Assembly (NCBI GenBank): GCA_017618175.1 | Contig: JAFZUT010000020.1 | Span: 5,728 to 69,727, forward strand | From: Alphaproteobacteria bacterium | Lineage (GTDB): Bacteria > Pseudomonadota > Alphaproteobacteria > Rs-D84 | Reading direction: 5' to 3' | Length of the DNA: 64,000 nt | Made by a program: the position numbers and the translations under genes | Shown: piece after piece, positions 61,088 to 64,000 of the stretch | Layout: each line of letters opens with the position of its first letter | How positions within the stretch are numbered: the stretch's first letter is position 1 | Notes under the pieces: model-generated | What the model saw: the letters and a program-made list of their open reading frames with translations, nothing else | Told to the model about the DNA's origin: nothing | Databases searched by the model: none

Positions 61088-61312
61088 TTATGACTTTATT
61101 TGACCCATTCCCAAATTTGGATGTGACATAGATTTGTTAAAGAATAACCGTAATCCATAATCCAAAGTTGTTGTCGGGGTCACGTTCATTTTGAACCATT
61201 TATTATAAACCAAGATATAATTTTTATTGTTTGATTTTGCCAGTTTAATAACTTCTGTGATGGCATCGCCCACATATGTTCCAATATCATATTCTTTAAT
61301 TTCTTTTGACAT
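61088..61312 (-). CDS. small hypothetical protein between fabD and fabG (not ACP-like)
   Basis: 74-aa ORF from the internal ATG immediately after the fabD stop (MSKEIKEYDIGTYVGDAITEVIKLAK...). It has no DSLD phosphopantetheine site. It could be spurious. Confidence 0.25.
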   Translation of the reverse strand: MSKEIKEYDIGTYVGDAITEVIKLAKSNNKNYILVYNKWFKMNVTPTTTLDYGLRLFFNKSMSHPNLGMGQIKS

Positions 61313-61314
61313 AA

Positions 61315-62196
61315 TTACACCTCTAATTTCTTGCCATCCATATCGGCACATATGCGTTTGGTTAAACCCGTCAATACCGCCCCGGGACCAACCTCTATCG
61401 TTTCTGTAATACCCAAATCGTGCATAGCCAAAACACTTTCGCGCCAACGCACACCGTGGGTTATTTGATAAACCAAGCATCCGCGGATTTCATCTGGGTC
61501 ACTTATTGGTGTGCAGGTTTTATTAGAAATCAATGCCGCCGATGGGATTTTGATTTCTGTTTTTTCCAACGCCGCACGCATTTCGTCCGCCGCAGGCGCC
61601 TGAATCCGGCAATGAACCGGAACCGACAGTGCCAATGGCATCGCGCGCCGCGCACCCGCGGCCGTGGCGTCCGCCAATGTTTTTTCTACAATCTCTTTTG
61701 CGCCCGAAATCACAACCTGGCCCGGGGAATTATCGTTTGCAACATCGCAATCATTTTTTGCACAAATATCACGCACAACATCGATATCCAATCCCAATAT
61801 AACCGCCGTTAAACCGTGCCCCACCGGCACCGCGCGTTGCATCGCATCGCCACGCAGGCGCAGAAGTCTTGCCGTATCCGCCAACGATAACGCACCCGCC
61901 GCACACAGCGCAGTATATTCCCCCAAAGAATGCCCCGCGACATATTCCGTCAATGGAATGCCAGACGCACGCAACATTGCGATGGATGTGGCCATAATTG
62001 CGGGCTGAACATTACGCGTCAATGTTAAATCTTCCATTGGTCCGTTAAAAATTATATTGGACAGTTTTTGATTTAACGCATCGTCCACTTCATCAAAGAC
62101 CGCACGCGCGGCGGCATTGCTTTCGTAAAGTTCGCGCCCCATACCAACGCTTTGTGAACCTTGGCCGGGAAATACAAGTATAGATGACATAATCAC
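61315..62196 (-). CDS. fabD: Malonyl CoA-ACP transacylase
   Basis: VFPGQGSQ, GHSLGEY active-site motif, 293 aa. Confidence 0.85.
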   Translation of the reverse strand: MIMSSILVFPGQGSQSVGMGRELYESNAAARAVFDEVDDALNQKLSNIIFNGPMEDLTLTRNVQPAIMATSIAMLRASGIPLTEYVAGHSLGEYTALCAAGALSLADTARLLRLRGDAMQRAVPVGHGLTAVILGLDIDVVRDICAKNDCDVANDNSPGQVVISGAKEIVEKTLADATAAGARRAMPLALSVPVHCRIQAPAADEMRAALEKTEIKIPSAALISNKTCTPISDPDEIRGCLVYQITHGVRWRESVLAMHDLGITETIEVGPGAVLTGLTKRICADMDGKKLEV

Positions 62197-62220
62197 ACCT
62201 TTGGTTATGTTATATGGGGA

Positions 62221-62763
62221 TTATACTTTACGAATACTGAATTCGCAACCGCAATAATTTTGGCGGTAGAAATCGCTTTCTCGATTGATTTTTTGACGCA
62301 ATGCTTCGTCCCATTTTATTGGCATGTACCTTATGTCGTCCAGTGCGGATTCCGCGGATGTATCAACTTGGTTTTGGTCTTTATGCCGCGATACGCCCAA
62401 TACAGACGCCACCGCATCATATCCGTTTTCACGCGCAAATCGTTTTGCATATTCAAATCGGTATGCAAAGCAAACACTGCACCGCCCCCCGCGTTCGGGT
62501 TCGGCCTCTAACCCGCGGACCGCCGCACGCCATGCATCGTGGTCATATTCGCCAATTTTATATTTTACGCCCAATTTTTCACAGTATTTTACTTGTTCCT
62601 GCATACGGCGCATATACTCACTTTCGGGGTAAATATTCGGATTAAAAAACAGGACGATAAAGTCATCAACACCGGGAATTTCGCCGCATGCCAATTGTTT
62701 TATTGCGCCCGCGCTGCACGGCGCACAACAAGACACCAAAACAAGTTTTGTTTTATCTGGCAT
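62221..62763 (-). CDS. queH: Epoxyqueuosine reductase QueH (DUF208)
   Basis: LVLVSCCAPCS Cys motif and an overall QueH layout. Confidence 0.72.
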   Translation of the reverse strand: MPDKTKLVLVSCCAPCSAGAIKQLACGEIPGVDDFIVLFFNPNIYPESEYMRRMQEQVKYCEKLGVKYKIGEYDHDAWRAAVRGLEAEPERGGRCSVCFAYRFEYAKRFARENGYDAVASVLGVSRHKDQNQVDTSAESALDDIRYMPIKWDEALRQKINRESDFYRQNYCGCEFSIRKV

Positions 62764-63378
62764 TTACCGTGCTTTTTCTTGATTAAACAACCGCGTCAAA
62801 CCAACCGGCAATTTCCCGGTATTTTCCGGCCAAAGTTGATTAAGGTTTTTATCCACCACAATATCTTTTTCCGATAATGGTTTGTAATCAACAGTATGCC
62901 ATTTCATATGTGTTGGTGCACCAGTTCTTGAATCGCGTAATCCAATACTGCTGTGTTCACAAATATCAAGAAACATAGGTGTTTTTTGGTCAAAATTTTC
63001 AGGCTTAAAATCAAACTTTTGACCATATTTTTTTATCAAATATTCGGCCACATCATTTGGATACATCAATTGTGGCAAAATAAGTTCAATTTTTGCGTCC
63101 GTATCGGTCGCAATAATCGGATGACCATCGATATATCTATTTTGATGATAAAATGGAATATTTTTGATTTTTTTATCCATATTCACAACACAACTTTCAC
63201 GCAGAATCGTCACACGATATGTCCTATCATCACGTGGACCGGATTTATTAACAAATTCGCGCAATTCATTGATGTTTGAAACATTACCATGCTCGATACT
63301 TACCAAACCGGGAAAGTGCGTAGTTGCGTTGAATCTTGTAAACACTTCTGGTTTCATTTTATTACTCCTTGTCATCAT
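62764..63378 (-). CDS. hypothetical protein
   Basis: 204-aa ORF adjacent to queH. No motifs were recognised. Confidence 0.3.
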   Translation of the reverse strand: MMTRSNKMKPEVFTRFNATTHFPGLVSIEHGNVSNINELREFVNKSGPRDDRTYRVTILRESCVVNMDKKIKNIPFYHQNRYIDGHPIIATDTDAKIELILPQLMYPNDVAEYLIKKYGQKFDFKPENFDQKTPMFLDICEHSSIGLRDSRTGAPTHMKWHTVDYKPLSEKDIVVDKNLNQLWPENTGKLPVGLTRLFNQEKAR

Positions 63379-64000
63379 TTAATTCAATCCGTGTGAACAG
63401 GTTTTCTGGCACGGTGAATTTTTCGCCTGATTCGATTCTGTGTTCGTACATTGTTGGCCAAGATAAATCATGTTCGCCCGCAAATATATTTTGAATTCTC
63501 TCCGCCGCGTCCGGTATAAACGGCGCAGATACACGCGCGAACAAATCAATCAATTGGAAACATTCGTGCAAAACCGCCGCCGCACCAGCCGTATCACCAT
63601 TTTTAACCAATGCCCACGGCTCTTTTTCGGTCATATATTCGTTCGCAATTCCGTAAATATCACGCAGGGCAACGATAGATTTCCGGAATTCGCACGCGTC
63701 CAGGCAACCCGTCAATTCCGCCAATTTTTCGTTTATGCGGTGTGCCAACGTTTCATCCATTTTTGCACCCGCCGGCACAGTGTCACCGAAATTCTTGGCG
63801 GACAGTTTGCACACGCGCGACACAAAGTTTCCAAGCAGACCATTCAAATCTTTATTTACAATTTCCGCAAAGCGCGTCATTGTAAAGTCTGTATCATCCG
63901 TTTCGGGTGCAGACGCCAGCAACGCATAACGCCAACAATCACTTGGTGCGATGTTCAATGCTTCATCCAAGAAAATTCCATTTCCGGTTGATTTTGAAAT
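63362..64000 (-). CDS. metG: Methionyl-tRNA synthetase, C-terminal anticodon-binding portion (N-terminus beyond the window end)
   Basis: ...DLNGLLGNFVSRVCKL...EKEPWALVK...PENLFTRIE is typical of the MetRS anticodon-binding domain. The ORF runs off the window. Confidence 0.8.
   Translation of the reverse strand: MSKSTGNGIFLDEALNIAPSDCWRYALLASAPETDDTDFTMTRFAEIVNKDLNGLLGNFVSRVCKLSAKNFGDTVPAGAKMDETLAHRINEKLAELTGCLDACEFRKSIVALRDIYGIANEYMTEKEPWALVKNGDTAGAAAVLHECFQLIDLFARVSAPFIPDAAERIQNIFAGEHDLSWPTMYEHRIESGEKFTVPENLFTRIELNDDKE

Overview
The window reads as an AT-rich (about 40% GC), compact, mostly single-copy bacterial chromosome segment. Gene content points to an alphaproteobacterial, Rickettsiales/Holosporales-like intracellular organism: rvh-type virB3-virB4, a eukaryote-type ileS, a zinc-free type-B bL36, and lpxC-lpxK. 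This lineage guess is an inference from those markers, not a database result.

Housekeeping genes:
- DNA metabolism and repair: uvrB, gyrB, topA, dnaG, ung, nth, an AlkD-like alkylation-repair protein, and a second HhH-GPD glycosylase.
- tRNA synthetases: aspS, pheS, pheT, ileS, and a partial metG.
- Ribosomal proteins: rpmI, rplT, rpmJ.
- Cell wall and shape: ftsQ, ftsA, mreC, mreD, mrdA, rodA.
- Lipid and lipid A: lpxC, lpxK, dgkA, fabD, fabG, a PagL-like deacylase, and an AsmA-like protein.
- Others: tsaE, ychF, mnmG, queH, and a long thyX.

tRNA genes: four (Thr-GGU, a CAU tRNA, fMet, Thr-CGU). Two of them are followed by partial direct repeats of their own 3' ends, the footprint of site-specific integration.

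Accessory and unusual content:
1. A five-gene type IVb-pilus/T2SS-like assembly cluster (GspE-type ATPase, GspF-type platform, PilP-like, a bitopic protein, a lipoprotein) with no pilin or peptidase gene. A secretin-like lipoprotein sits 20 kb away.
2. virB3-virB4 preceded by a TTGTTGAAA repeat array.
3. A tRNA-fMet-linked mini-islet carrying a NADAR (YbiA-like) gene.
4. Paralogous secreted proteins and a BspA/LRR-like secreted repeat protein.
5. An in-frame FtsA-Rpe fusion ORF.
6. An Ile-codon-run leader peptide plus terminator hairpin in front of ileS (a candidate attenuator).
7. A ~117-bp tandem repeat after tRNA-Thr(CGU).

No IS elements, integrases, CRISPR arrays or rRNA genes were seen. 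All functional calls come from motif-level reading of the translations; no database search was run.
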